DNA of 64,000 nt from Lachnospiraceae bacterium (GTDB lineage: Bacteria; Bacillota; Clostridia; Lachnospirales; Lachnospiraceae): positions 22,992 through 86,991 of the forward strand of contig JAFUXG010000055.1 in NCBI GenBank assembly GCA_017470935.1. Reading direction: 5' to 3'. Of the stretch, positions 24,982 to 35,090 are shown piece after piece. A model generated the notes under the pieces. It worked only from the letters and a program-made list of their open reading frames with translations, did no database searches and had not been told where the DNA came from. The stretch's first letter is position 1; every line of letters begins with the position of its first letter. Position numbers and translations under genes: made by a program.

Positions 24982-27498
24982 ATGCAAAAGGTTTTGATAA
25001 AACGTTCAATAAGAGACTTAAAGGAAAACCTGGCCAGATATATAGCGCTAGGTGCTCTTATCATTTTTTCAATATATATGGTGCTTAGTCTTGTGGGAGC
25101 GGCAACAGCCACCATCGATCAGACTGCAGAATATGACGCAGAGCTTAACTGTGAGGATGGGGAGTTTTCTGTATTTGTACCTCTTACTGATTCTGAAATC
25201 AACAGGATAACGAAAAAGGGTGTGGATGTGGAGAAGATGTTCTTCTTAGACTATCTCATGGAGGATGAGAGCGTCTTAAGAGTGTTCAAAAACCGTAAGG
25301 ATATTAACAAGATTACCCTTAAGGAAGGACGAATTGCTTCAAATGAATCTGAGATAGTGGTAGAACGCCGTTATGCCGAGGTTCATGATATTAATATTGG
25401 GGATACTGTGACACTTGGAGACTTCAACAATACAGACAGTAATGGAAGCGATATTGATGAAGCTGTGGATGATAACAGCTCCGATAATGATAGTGATGTA
25501 AACAGTGATATTATTGACAGCACTGATGATAACAGGGAAATAAATGATAATAGTGGAAATGGGAAAATTAAATATACGGTGGTGGGAATTGGTACCGTCT
25601 CAGACTACAATTCACCACTTAAAAATCTGTCCGATACAGCAGTTGACAGTTCAAACTTCGGATTATTGTTCGTTACGGATGATGCATATGAGAAGCTTAA
25701 AAGTTCCAAGACTGCCATGAAGTCAGAGGAGTATTATTACTCATATAAGCTTAATGATGCCATGACTCATGATGAACTGAAGGATATATTAAAGGATAAT
25801 TCCTTTAATGCCAATTCGGTGGATGATGCCTATTTCAGAGAATATTATGAAAGACTTTCCGGTGGAAGTGCTCTTGCGGGGGTTATGCTTTCTATGTTTC
25901 AGGAGAGCAGCATATTTGCTGACAGCACTGCTAATCTTATATCTCTTTTGAAGGCAGAGGACAATGTGAGGATCGATGCTGCGGCAGATGATGTTGAGAT
26001 CAATAAAACATCAGGAATCTTTGTGGGAATACTTTTGATAATTCTCTTTTCCTATGTTATTTCCGTGTTTGTGGTCCACACTATAGATCAGGAGAGTGCT
26101 GTCATAGGCGCCCTTTATTCCATGGGTGTGAAGCGAAAGGACCTTATGGCGCATTACATAGTGCTGCCTGTAATAGTAACATTTATTTCAGGTGTTATCG
26201 GACTTATCCTTGCGGCTTCAAAACTTGGTATTGAGGTACAGATGCAGGATAATTACAATTATTTTTCCATGCCCAATATGCATCCGGAGGTGACACCATT
26301 TATGGTGGTTTATGCTATCGTGATGCCGCCGGTCATATCAATTATCGTCAATGCTCTTGTGATCAGAAGCAGGCTTAACAGGACGCCGCTGTCACTTCTT
26401 AAGAATGAACAGAAAGTGTCAAAGTCAAAGGATATCAAGCTTAAGGAGATGGAGTTCATTAAGCTTTTCAAGATAAGACAGCTGCTTCGAGAGAGAAGGA
26501 CAGGACTTACGGTGGTGTTCGGACTTTTTATGAGTCTTCTTGTGGCGATGTTGGCGGTAAATGTATATGTGTACTGCGACAAGGTAAACAAGAGAACTAT
26601 TGCGGATACACATTTTGAATATATGTATACCTATAAATATCCTAGCGAGAAGGTGCCGGAGGGCGGCTATGAGGCGGTTGCCGAAAGTATGAAGAAGAAA
26701 TTTTCCCAGTACAATTTTGATGTTACTATACTTGGAATACATGAAGATAATCCCTTCTTTGATATAGACAAGCTCCCGAAGAGTAAAAATGAAGTTGTGG
26801 TGGGAGACACCTTTGCCAGCAAATATCAGCTGAAGGTGGGGGATGAATTCACACTGACCTCCGAGGATGGGGACAGGGCATATGCATTTACGGTATATGA
26901 TATAACCAATTATTCTGCCTCTCTCACTGTGTTTATGGATATTGATGAGTGCAGGGAGCTGTTCGGAGAAATGAATGATTACTACAATGTTGTGTTCTCC
27001 GACCATAAGTTAGAGATTCCGGGAGGACGTCTGTACAGCACCCTCACCAGAAAGGATGTGGAGAAGTCGGCTAAGGTATTTCTTGACCAGATGATGTCCA
27101 TGATAATTACCATGAGTGTGGCTGCGGCTGTCATATTCGTGGTGGTGATGTACCTAATGATGAAAATGATGTTAGACAAGTCATCATTTAATATAGCACT
27201 TGTGAAGATATTCGGCTTCCGTGACAAGGAGGTCAGGAAGATGTATCTGGACGGGAATTTCTATGTCATAGCCTTGGGTGCTCTCATATCCATTCCCATA
27301 TGCAAGGCGATACTTAACTATGTGTATCCCAATTATCTGGTGTCAAATGTGGCTACGGGATTTGAGCAGTCATTTCCACCATACATTTATGTGATGATAT
27401 ACGCAGTTATACTTTTGTTATATTTTGTTATCAATCATTCGCTGGTATCCCGGATAAGCAAGATGGTGCCGGCAGAGGTTTTGAAAAATAGAGAGTGA
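24982..27498 (+). CDS. Large ABC transporter permease with two FtsX-type modules (pair 1)
   Basis: About 10 TM in two FtsX bundles separated by large extracytoplasmic domains. D/S/N-rich low-complexity insert at about nt 25430-25565. Start at the ATG after SD GAAAGGA. Confidence 0.8.
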   Translation: MQKVLIKRSIRDLKENLARYIALGALIIFSIYMVLSLVGAATATIDQTAEYDAELNCEDGEFSVFVPLTDSEINRITKKGVDVEKMFFLDYLMEDESVLRVFKNRKDINKITLKEGRIASNESEIVVERRYAEVHDINIGDTVTLGDFNNTDSNGSDIDEAVDDNSSDNDSDVNSDIIDSTDDNREINDNSGNGKIKYTVVGIGTVSDYNSPLKNLSDTAVDSSNFGLLFVTDDAYEKLKSSKTAMKSEEYYYSYKLNDAMTHDELKDILKDNSFNANSVDDAYFREYYERLSGGSALAGVMLSMFQESSIFADSTANLISLLKAEDNVRIDAAADDVEINKTSGIFVGILLIILFSYVISVFVVHTIDQESAVIGALYSMGVKRKDLMAHYIVLPVIVTFISGVIGLILAASKLGIEVQMQDNYNYFSMPNMHPEVTPFMVVYAIVMPPVISIIVNALVIRSRLNRTPLSLLKNEQKVSKSKDIKLKEMEFIKLFKIRQLLRERRTGLTVVFGLFMSLLVAMLAVNVYVYCDKVNKRTIADTHFEYMYTYKYPSEKVPEGGYEAVAESMKKKFSQYNFDVTILGIHEDNPFFDIDKLPKSKNEVVVGDTFASKYQLKVGDEFTLTSEDGDRAYAFTVYDITNYSASLTVFMDIDECRELFGEMNDYYNVVFSDHKLEIPGGRLYSTLTRKDVEKSAKVFLDQMMSMIITMSVAAAVIFVVVMYLMMKMMLDKSSFNIALVKIFGFRDKEVRKMYLDGNFYVIALGALISIPICKAILNYVYPNYLVSNVATGFEQSFPPYIYVMIYAVILLLYFVINHSLVSRISKMVPAEVLKNRE

Positions 27499-27508
27499 GG
27501 AGAAAAAC

Positions 27509-28204
27509 ATGTTCATAGACCTTATAAATGCAAAGAAAATATACGGAAAAGGCGAGAGTGAGGTAAGAGCCTTAGACGGTGCCAGCCTTCAGCTGGATGA
27601 AGGTGGTGTGTATGTAATACTTGGACCATCCGGCAGCGGCAAATCCACACTGTTAAACATGCTTGGAGGACTTGACAGTCTTGACGAGGGAGAATTAAGT
27701 ATCGGTGGGGTGAAGCTTTCCGGTGAGAAGAATAAGCTGGTTGAATACAGGCGCAGTGATGTTGGTTTTGTATTTCAGTTCTACAATCTCATTCCCGACC
27801 TTACGGTGAAAGAGAATATTCAGGTGGTGGCTGATATAGCAGAATCGCCCCTTGATATAGATGAAGTGATGGAGGCTGTTGATATTATGAAGTATCAGGA
27901 CCATTTTCCATCAGAGCTTTCGGGAGGACAGCAGCAAAGAGTTAGCATTGCCAGGGCTATTATCAAGAATCCCAAGCTTCTACTGTGTGATGAGCTTACG
28001 GGAGCCCTTGACAGTAAGTCTGCAAAGCAGGTGCTGAAATTCATAGAAAGGGTGAATCAGACCTTTCACACCACCATCATTATCATAACCCACAACGAGG
28101 CAATTGCACACATGGCTGACAGGATCATACGGATCAAGGATGGACAGGTGTCCTCCAATGTGGAAAATACTGAGAAGGTGGCTGCGGCTGAGCTGGAGTT
28201 GTAG
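27509..28204 (+). CDS. ABC transporter ATP-binding protein (pair 2, paralogue of 24242)
   Basis: Walker [10 protein letters not shown], signature LSGGQQQR, Walker B LLCDELT. The sequence aligns with 24242-24943 along its whole length. Confidence 0.9.
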   Translation: MFIDLINAKKIYGKGESEVRALDGASLQLDEGGVYVILGPSGSGKSTLLNMLGGLDSLDEGELSIGGVKLSGEKNKLVEYRRSDVGFVFQFYNLIPDLTVKENIQVVADIAESPLDIDEVMEAVDIMKYQDHFPSELSGGQQQRVSIARAIIKNPKLLLCDELTGALDSKSAKQVLKFIERVNQTFHTTIIIITHNEAIAHMADRIIRIKDGQVSSNVENTEKVAAAELEL

Positions 28205-28224
28205 GAGGAGAATAGGAAGAAATC

Positions 28225-30690
28225 ATGACTTTGAATAAGCGATATCCGAGGAACATTAAGAAAAATCTATCATTTTATATATGCGTGTGCCTGCTGACGG
28301 TTCTTGTCGTAGTCCTTTATCTGGATTTTGATGCGGGGACACAGAAGTTCGGCAGAGTATTAGACAGATTCTACGATAAGTTTCATGTGGAGGATGCCCA
28401 GTTTACGACTGTGTATGAAATAGATGAGGCTGCTATAGAGGACCTTGAAAAGGAGTATAACATACTTTTGGAGAAGCAGAGGTATGCAGACTTTGAACTT
28501 GAGGATTATACGGTAAGGGTTGTTGATGTTTCTAAAAAGATAAACATGCTAATCCCGAATGACAGTAATGCAGAGACCGGTGAACCTGTTACAGACATAT
28601 CCGGAGGGGAGGTTACTGGCACATCCAGTGGGGAGGTTACAGACATATCCGGTGGGGCGGTTACCGGCGTATCAGATAAGTCTGTTTCTGATATAGCAGA
28701 TAAGCAGGATATCGGTAATGAGGAATCGCCACATATAATAATGTTCAATACCGGTCTTATGGAAGGTAACGATATAAGTGAGAGTGATATCATTGAGCTT
28801 GGTGGCAAAAGCTTCACATTTGCAGGCGGATTTGAAAGGCCGGATTATCTATTTCCAATTAAGGACACTTCAGATACATATGCACTGAAAAATGCATTCG
28901 GTATTGCAGTTGTAAGTGATGAGGATTTTGAGTATCTTTCAAAAGCAAGTGAGGATTCTTTCGAGTATTACAGCATTATATATAACAGTGATAACGAGGC
29001 GGAGGTCAGAAAGGCCATCAATCGTGAGTACACTATGCTTTCATATCTCAATGCAAAGACTAATACCCGTATCAGTACACCTTTGTTGGAGGTGGAGGAG
29101 ACGGCCAATATGATGCATATGGTCATACTGGTGCTTGTGATATTTGTTTCCGTTATTATATCCGTTGTCATCGGACGAAGGATCAGGAATGACAGAAGAC
29201 AGATTGGCGTGCTGATCGCATTAGGATACAGAAAGAGGGAGCTTATAAAGCATTATGCATTTTACGGAATGTATTCAGGTCTTATAGGAACGGTCATCGG
29301 AGTGATCATCTCCTGTCTGTTTTCAAACAGCCTTATTCAATACCTGTTTTTCAAGATTGAACCCATTCCCATAAGCTATCAGGTGAGTCTGCCTAATATA
29401 CTGATTGCGATTATTGTTCCAACGCTTATGTACACATTTGCGGTGTACAGGTCGGCGGCAAAAGTAATGAAAACAGATGTCATAACAATGATATCCGGCA
29501 GGAGCCAGGGGCGGGAAGTGTCTAGACTCCGAATGAAGAGAAGTCATCTGAAAACAAAGACAAAATATAAGCTCAGGCAGATATTTGGAAAGCCGGGAAG
29601 AAGTATCATAGTTATTATCGGAATGGCATTTGGGGGCATGCTCTATGCATTCTGTATCACATGTATAGATTCCATGGATGATTATGTGAAGCATACGGTA
29701 GACCAGATTGGAAGCTTTGAGTATGAATATTTTTTGAAGTCGCCGGAGCTTGGAGAGCCTGAGGGGGGGGATGCCATTTACGGCGCAAGCTTTGAGGTCA
29801 AGGGCAGGGATGACATGATCATGCTGCTTGGAATTGACAGCCCAAGACTTATTAATTTCACTGATAATAACGGTAATGAGCTTCAATATGACGAAGACCA
29901 TTATTACATTACATCCATGGCAAGCTTGGCTTACGGTGCAGGTGTGGGTGATGAGATAAGCTTTGTGGATCCAATTACCCTTGAGGAATACACTGTGAAG
30001 ATTACTGACGTGATCAAAAATGATTCCCAGGCTGCAATCTATTGTTCAAGAGAAAATGCAATAGAGCTGCTTAAGGTCAATGACAATATGTTTTCAGCCG
30101 CCAACGGAATGATTGGGGTTAGGGTTTCCATTTATAATCTGCTTCATCCTGCAGGTGAGGAGGAGCTGCTGCCGTACAACATAATCATGTCTGATAAGGA
30201 GCTTGATATTGACAGTGATGATCTTATAAAGACCATTTCCAAGACCTCCCTTGCGGACCAGATCAACGAGGTCAAGACCAATATGGAAAATCTTATGGGG
30301 ATTATCAATGTGTTTGCCATTCTTATATGCGTTATAGTGGTGTATATGATGGTAAATGTGCTTATGACGGAGGCCTCGTCCTCAGTGTCCATGCTTAAGG
30401 TGTTAGGCTACAGGAATAAGGAAATCAATTCCATGGTGCTTAACGTGTATCATTTCCTGGTGCCGATTGCTATAGTCATAAGCTTTGTGCTTGGATTTTT
30501 CGGAACTAAAGCGGTGTTTACGGCTAATGTATCAGTATATAAGACATATCTGGCAACACTGATCTATCCAATATCTGTGGTGAAGATGACGGCACTTATC
30601 GTTGTAAGCTATGGGGTGTCATTACTGCTTTTGAGAGGCAAAGCAGGTAAGGTGGATCTGGTGGAAAGCCTTAAGGATAACAGAGAGTGA
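28225..30690 (+). CDS. Large ABC transporter permease with two FtsX-type modules (pair 2)
   Basis: Same architecture as 24982-27498. Contains an in-frame tandem repeat. Confidence 0.8.
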   Translation: MTLNKRYPRNIKKNLSFYICVCLLTVLVVVLYLDFDAGTQKFGRVLDRFYDKFHVEDAQFTTVYEIDEAAIEDLEKEYNILLEKQRYADFELEDYTVRVVDVSKKINMLIPNDSNAETGEPVTDISGGEVTGTSSGEVTDISGGAVTGVSDKSVSDIADKQDIGNEESPHIIMFNTGLMEGNDISESDIIELGGKSFTFAGGFERPDYLFPIKDTSDTYALKNAFGIAVVSDEDFEYLSKASEDSFEYYSIIYNSDNEAEVRKAINREYTMLSYLNAKTNTRISTPLLEVEETANMMHMVILVLVIFVSVIISVVIGRRIRNDRRQIGVLIALGYRKRELIKHYAFYGMYSGLIGTVIGVIISCLFSNSLIQYLFFKIEPIPISYQVSLPNILIAIIVPTLMYTFAVYRSAAKVMKTDVITMISGRSQGREVSRLRMKRSHLKTKTKYKLRQIFGKPGRSIIVIIGMAFGGMLYAFCITCIDSMDDYVKHTVDQIGSFEYEYFLKSPELGEPEGGDAIYGASFEVKGRDDMIMLLGIDSPRLINFTDNNGNELQYDEDHYYITSMASLAYGAGVGDEISFVDPITLEEYTVKITDVIKNDSQAAIYCSRENAIELLKVNDNMFSAANGMIGVRVSIYNLLHPAGEEELLPYNIIMSDKELDIDSDDLIKTISKTSLADQINEVKTNMENLMGIINVFAILICVIVVYMMVNVLMTEASSSVSMLKVLGYRNKEINSMVLNVYHFLVPIAIVISFVLGFFGTKAVFTANVSVYKTYLATLIYPISVVKMTALIVVSYGVSLLLLRGKAGKVDLVESLKDNRE
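28588..28683 (+). repeat. In-frame 48-bp tandem repeat (VTDISGGEVTGTSSGE / VTDISGGAVTGVSDKS) inside permease 2
   Basis: GTTACAGACATATCCGG recurs at 28588 and 28636. There is an 8-aa sub-periodicity, GGxVTxxS. Confidence 0.8.
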
Positions 30691-30704
30691 GGAGGAGCAG
30701 GACA

Positions 30705-31559
30705 ATGAGTTCAAGGAAAAACCAAAGGTTTCGGGATTATGAGAATGTACCAAGTACTTCTCATAATATAGATATTACCGGCGTGCCGGAAACAATGATT
30801 CAGACCTTGTATGCCAGAGCAAAGGAGTCTAAGAAGAAAAAGCATTACATATATGACGAGCAGGCAATCAGTATAGTGGAGAAGATGGATTATGATTTCT
30901 CCAAGGCTGACAAGGATATGAAAATGAGTTCCGGCGTAATAGCCAGAACCATTATGTTAGATAAAATGGTGGGTGATTATGTTAGCAGACATCCTGAAGC
31001 TACGGTGATCAATATTGCCTGCGGAATGGATACCAGAGTATACCGGGTTGATAACGGAAGATTAAGGTGGTTCAATATTGACCTGCCGGAAACCATAGGT
31101 GTCAGGAAAAGATTTCTTGATGAGAATGACAGGATTAAAATGATGGCATACTCGGCAATGGATGAAGCCTGGGCATATAATATAGGCGATGTGACAGGTG
31201 ACGTTCTTGTGGTTATAGAGGGACTTTCCATGTACCTTTCAGAAAAAGATGTTAAGAGAATTCTCAATATTATAGCGGAACACTATAAGGAAAATGATGT
31301 GACTGTATATATGGAATACATGTCGCCCTTTGTAGTTAAGAGGATTAAAGAAAAGTCAATTGCCCAGAGTGGTGCTAAGTTCACATGGGGAGCAGCGTCA
31401 GGAAAAGAGATAGCTGCACTGTGTCCGGTTTTTAAGTGCACAGAAGATCACAGCCTTGTTGAGGGCATGGAAGTGATGTATCCCATATACAAGATCATAG
31501 GGAAGATTCCAGCAGTCAGGAATATATCCAATAAAATTGTGGTACTTAAAAAGAAATAA
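30705..31559 (+). CDS. Class I SAM-dependent methyltransferase (LCM/TcmP-like O-methyltransferase family)
   Basis: VINIACGMDTR motif I and NIDLPETIGVRK. Paralogue of 47308-48135. SD GAGGAGGAG. Confidence 0.7.
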   Translation: MSSRKNQRFRDYENVPSTSHNIDITGVPETMIQTLYARAKESKKKKHYIYDEQAISIVEKMDYDFSKADKDMKMSSGVIARTIMLDKMVGDYVSRHPEATVINIACGMDTRVYRVDNGRLRWFNIDLPETIGVRKRFLDENDRIKMMAYSAMDEAWAYNIGDVTGDVLVVIEGLSMYLSEKDVKRILNIIAEHYKENDVTVYMEYMSPFVVKRIKEKSIAQSGAKFTWGAASGKEIAALCPVFKCTEDHSLVEGMEVMYPIYKIIGKIPAVRNISNKIVVLKKK

Positions 31560-31617
31560 ATATACAATGGTCAAATTTAACTACGGTCAAAAATTGGATT
31601 TTAACAGGAGGACGATT

Positions 31618-32307
31618 ATGGACTATGGTGATCTCAGAAGTAAAATGAAGCTTGCAATACCCGCAATGCTCTTATGTATGATCGGTGATTACTGTATAGG
31701 GATCGAACCGGCAGGGAGCAAAGAAATTGGACTTATTGCAAGCAGCGGCTGGCAAAGTATATCAGATGTACGAATTGCTATATCCAATACAGCCGGAATG
31801 ATAGGTACAGTGTTATATGCGATTGCAGCGGTGTCCTTCATCATGCTGCTAAGATCTGAAAATGACCAAAACAAAAATGTATGGGATCAGCGTTTTTTGA
31901 AGCTTTTTTATATAAGTCTGCTCATAGGATGTCTGTCATTTATATATTTTCATATTGCCTGCGGAGGATTTATACAGCATTATAATGTGCTTTTTGAGGC
32001 GACAGGAGGAAATGCTGCCGAGGCGGAGAGATTATTGCTTAGAACCTTTAAGGTGGAGGCTGTTCCCTTCATAGTTCTGTTCATAGCATTTGATGCATTT
32101 GCCACCATTGCATGGATAGGACTTATTATACGAAGGGTAATCTCTGCTCCTAAGATATGGGTAATTGCGGCCCCTTTGGTCACAGCACTTATTGGGCAGA
32201 TAATTGAATTTATTCCATTACCCTTTAAGGGTATTGGGTCAGGCTTTGAAAGTCTAGGGTGGATGTTGATGTTTATTGTAGGAATGAAATACGCAGCTAA
32301 GGAGTGA
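31618..32307 (+). CDS. Hypothetical integral membrane protein
   Basis: ATG at 31618 after SD CAGGAGGA. About 6 hydrophobic helices. Confidence 0.6.
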   Translation: MDYGDLRSKMKLAIPAMLLCMIGDYCIGIEPAGSKEIGLIASSGWQSISDVRIAISNTAGMIGTVLYAIAAVSFIMLLRSENDQNKNVWDQRFLKLFYISLLIGCLSFIYFHIACGGFIQHYNVLFEATGGNAAEAERLLLRTFKVEAVPFIVLFIAFDAFATIAWIGLIIRRVISAPKIWVIAAPLVTALIGQIIEFIPLPFKGIGSGFESLGWMLMFIVGMKYAAKE

Positions 32308-32315
32308 CAAAATAT

Positions 32316-33242
32316 ATGAGTAAAGAAAAGGAACAGATGTCAATGTATGGCATAGGACCGGTGTATGGCGGTACCATTATTATACTTACTGTGGCAGCAG
32401 TATGTCTGAGGAATATGGATCTGTTTGCATCAGGCAGATTGGAATTGCTGCGTTTTCCCTTCTTTGTAATTGGAGTTATTATGATATGTATGTTTTTTTT
32501 CATGTGGATTCATGCAGTGCTGATTGCTAAGGTGGATGATGGGATTAAGGAGAACCGGCTGGTGACCACCGGTATTTATGCATGTGTGAGAAATCCAATA
32601 TACTCTGCATTTCTGTTCTTATGTACAGGGGTGCTGTTCATAATAGGAAATGCATATTTTATGATACTACCCCTCTTTTACTGGGCTTTAATGACGGTTC
32701 TTTTGAAACGTACAGAGGAGAACTGGCTTCTTGAACGCTTTGGTAAAGAGTATGAGGACTATTGCAGCAGAGTTAACCGCTGTATTCCGTGGATTCCTGA
32801 TAAGGACTTGGTCTATGAATCGGATATATCCAACGCCAGATGGATGGTCTATGATGTGCTTGGAAATGCAGGCTGGATAGCGTACTTCTGGGTGATTGCA
32901 TTATGTTTTGTCAAAAAACCTGAATTCATGGAATATTGGGGAATGTTTGGGATTACAGAGCTTGCATTTATTCCTGCGCTGCTGATGCTCATAGGTATTG
33001 TTGAACTTATCAGTGAGAGGATATTAAAGCTTGATCTTGTGCTTCCAAGGTATCGCCTGGTGCGTGGCTTTGGAGCCCTCACAATTGGAGGATTTCTCGG
33101 GGCACTGACAGCACTTTGTGGTATGGTGTATGGGTTTACTTTTACGGAAAGTGATCTTACATATATGATGATCTTGTTCGTGGGAGGAGTGCTTTGTGGT
33201 GTGTTTGCGGGATTACTGTATAGGCGGTATAAGAGAAAATAA
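32316..33242 (+). CDS. ICMT/PEMT-family membrane methyltransferase with an extra C-terminal membrane domain
   Basis: VRNPIYSAFLFLCTG and RTEENWLLERFGKEYEDYCSRVNRCIP are typical of isoprenylcysteine carboxyl / phospholipid methyltransferases. Confidence 0.7.
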   Translation: MSKEKEQMSMYGIGPVYGGTIIILTVAAVCLRNMDLFASGRLELLRFPFFVIGVIMICMFFFMWIHAVLIAKVDDGIKENRLVTTGIYACVRNPIYSAFLFLCTGVLFIIGNAYFMILPLFYWALMTVLLKRTEENWLLERFGKEYEDYCSRVNRCIPWIPDKDLVYESDISNARWMVYDVLGNAGWIAYFWVIALCFVKKPEFMEYWGMFGITELAFIPALLMLIGIVELISERILKLDLVLPRYRLVRGFGALTIGGFLGALTALCGMVYGFTFTESDLTYMMILFVGGVLCGVFAGLLYRRYKRK

Positions 33243-33287
33243 AGGCTTTATTGATAAAAAATATATAATAGAATGAAGGTATCGTTA

Positions 33288-33315
33288 TTGACAATACCAA
33301 ATATATGTATATAAT
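33288..33315 (+). promoter_or_regulatory. Sigma-A promoter (TTGACA, 16 nt, TATAAT)
   Basis: Consensus hexamers read directly. Immediately followed by operator-like site B1. Confidence 0.6.
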
Positions 33316-33331
33316 GTTAGTTAAGACTAAC
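33316..33331. promoter_or_regulatory. GTTAG-N6-CTAAC palindrome, site B1
   Basis: GTTAGTTAAGACTAAC abuts the -10 hexamer. Confidence 0.6.
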
Positions 33332-33392
33332 CAATATAATATTCCATCCATTAGAATTCATATAATTAATGGGTGGTTTATTTTGAACATAT

Positions 33393-33408
33393 GGTTAGTT
33401 AAGACTAA
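33393..33408. promoter_or_regulatory. GTTAG-N6-CTAAC palindrome, site B2
   Basis: The identical 16-mer GTTAGTTAAGACTAAC lies 77 bp downstream of B1. Confidence 0.6.
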
Positions 33409-33549
33409 CTAAATACTCAAAAAGCCTATGTTTAACTAACCTATATTTTTGAGTGACTTACATTTCTGAATAACTTGTAATTATGCATGGGATAATAAAT
33501 GTAAAATGAAAACATGTAGACGTAAGCTGATATGTATAAAGAGGTGTAT

Positions 33550-34101
33550 ATGAAGGATCAATATGTAGTAAAACACTGTTCGCCAACATTAGCAGGACTA
33601 AAGACCGGAAGTCTGTTTTCTGTATCGGGAGAATCTAAGGAAAAGCTAAATTGTGACCTGCGCTGCCTTAATGAAATATTGCGCAAAAAAGGTCTTAGGG
33701 CAATCCCTCTAAGATATGCTGATAATTACGTTCTCATTTATTTGTATAGATTAGATAAGCTGAAAAAGGATCTTATGCGTCCCGTGACAAGAAGTATCTT
33801 ATGTAAAAAGGGATACAACTGTTCCAATCCGGATGAGTGTGTGGTACAGCTTGTGAAGCATATAAAAGATGATAAGGATTTTCCCCATGAGATAGGTCTT
33901 TTTCTCGGTTATCCTGAAAAGGATGTGAAGGGCTTTATGAATAGCCCTGAAGAGGGAGTGCTGTGTGTAGGATATTGGAAGGTATATGGAGATGTTGAAA
34001 AAGCTGAGAGGACATTCCGCATATTCAACAAATGTACGGAGGTCTATTGCAGGGCTCTTAAGCATGGTAAATCGTTAGAACAGCTGATTGTGGCGGCGTA
34101 G
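33550..34101 (+). CDS. DUF3793-family protein
   Basis: KHCSPTLAGLKTGSLF N-terminal signature. SD AAAGAGGTG. Adjacent to flavodoxin. Confidence 0.7.
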   Translation: MKDQYVVKHCSPTLAGLKTGSLFSVSGESKEKLNCDLRCLNEILRKKGLRAIPLRYADNYVLIYLYRLDKLKKDLMRPVTRSILCKKGYNCSNPDECVVQLVKHIKDDKDFPHEIGLFLGYPEKDVKGFMNSPEEGVLCVGYWKVYGDVEKAERTFRIFNKCTEVYCRALKHGKSLEQLIVAA

Positions 34102-34277
34102 GAAAAATGACCCCGCAAAGCCTTATGTCTGCATCAAAGACTTCATAAGTCCAAAAATCATGGAGATGCAGTTAATGAGAAAATGAATCCCGAAATGGGG
34201 TTTATATAAATAATGTGTTATATATGAGCTGATCTAAAATCATATATGCCATAAAAATAAAGAGGAGGATAATAATC

Positions 34278-34700
34278 ATGAGTAAGGTAGCAGTAGTTTA
34301 CTGGAGTGGCACAGGCAATACCGCAGCAATGGCTGTGGCGGTTGAGGAAGGCGCAAAGGCTGCAGGAGCAGAGGTTTCCGTATTTGGACCGTCAGAGTTT
34401 AACAGCGGTATGCTTGCAGATTATGACGGTATTGCATTCGGATGTCCGGCAATGGGAGCAGAGGTGCTTGAGGAGAATGAGTATGAACCCATGTTCATAG
34501 ATGTTGAAGGCTCATTATCAGGAAAGAAGATAGCACTTTTCGGTTCCTACGGATGGGGAGATGGTCAGTGGATGAGAGACTGGGAGGAGCGTGCAAATGC
34601 TGCCGGTGCCCAGCTTGCGTATGACTGTGTAATGGCAAACAATGCACCTAATGATGATGACCTTGAGGAGTGCAAATCGTTAGGAAGAGCTCTGGCATAA
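34278..34700 (+). CDS. Short-chain flavodoxin
   Basis: VVYWSGTGNTAAMA FMN-phosphate loop, about 140 aa, SD AGAGGAGG. Confidence 0.9.
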   Translation: MSKVAVVYWSGTGNTAAMAVAVEEGAKAAGAEVSVFGPSEFNSGMLADYDGIAFGCPAMGAEVLEENEYEPMFIDVEGSLSGKKIALFGSYGWGDGQWMRDWEERANAAGAQLAYDCVMANNAPNDDDLEECKSLGRALA

Positions 34701-34728
34701 AAATTTGTATTGAATATACATATGAAAG

Positions 34729-34766
34729 AGCCGGATAGTGGTAAATAACCATTGTCCGGCTTTTTA
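34729..34766 (+). terminator. Rho-independent terminator after flavodoxin
   Basis: AGCCGGATAGTGG / CCATTGTCCGGCT stem followed by TTTTT. Confidence 0.75.
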
Positions 34767-34837
34767 AATTCGCAATTATTAGATTTTCATTGTTTACATT
34801 TTGGGGTTGCAATAACGTAAGAAAAAGATGTATACTG

Positions 34838-35090
34838 TTTAGGCAAAATATAACAAAAAGGTGGTGAACAAAGTGGCTAATGGTGACAGTTATGGGTCGG
34901 ATGGGCGATCGTGTATGTTAAGCATATTAGGAAATGATCCGGCTTTTTTTTATGCCGCTTTGTTTTTCTGCCTTTTAACATAACACTTTTCTTGTGTAAT
35001 AAAGTCATATATTCTTCCATCACGTCCCTTACGTCATTGTTGAAAATGACACAGGATAAGAGGTGACTGCCTCTTACTGTGTGCTTTTTG
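34838..35090 (+). promoter_or_regulatory. Structured mgtE leader with two terminator-like hairpins (possible divergent Mg2+ riboswitch/attenuator)
   Basis: The GUCGGAU...AUCCGGC stem is followed by U8 (about 34897-34962). The CACAGGATAAGAGG/CCTCTTACTGTG stem plus T-tract (35050-35090) lies just before the MgtE start. GCUAAUGG is reminiscent of the M-box, but other conserved blocks were not found. Confidence 0.35.

Noticed and set aside
34838-34962. Calling the mgtE leader a bona fide M-box riboswitch
   Set aside because: I could recognise only one of the conserved M-box sequence blocks by eye. It is kept as an unclassified structured leader pending a covariance-model search.
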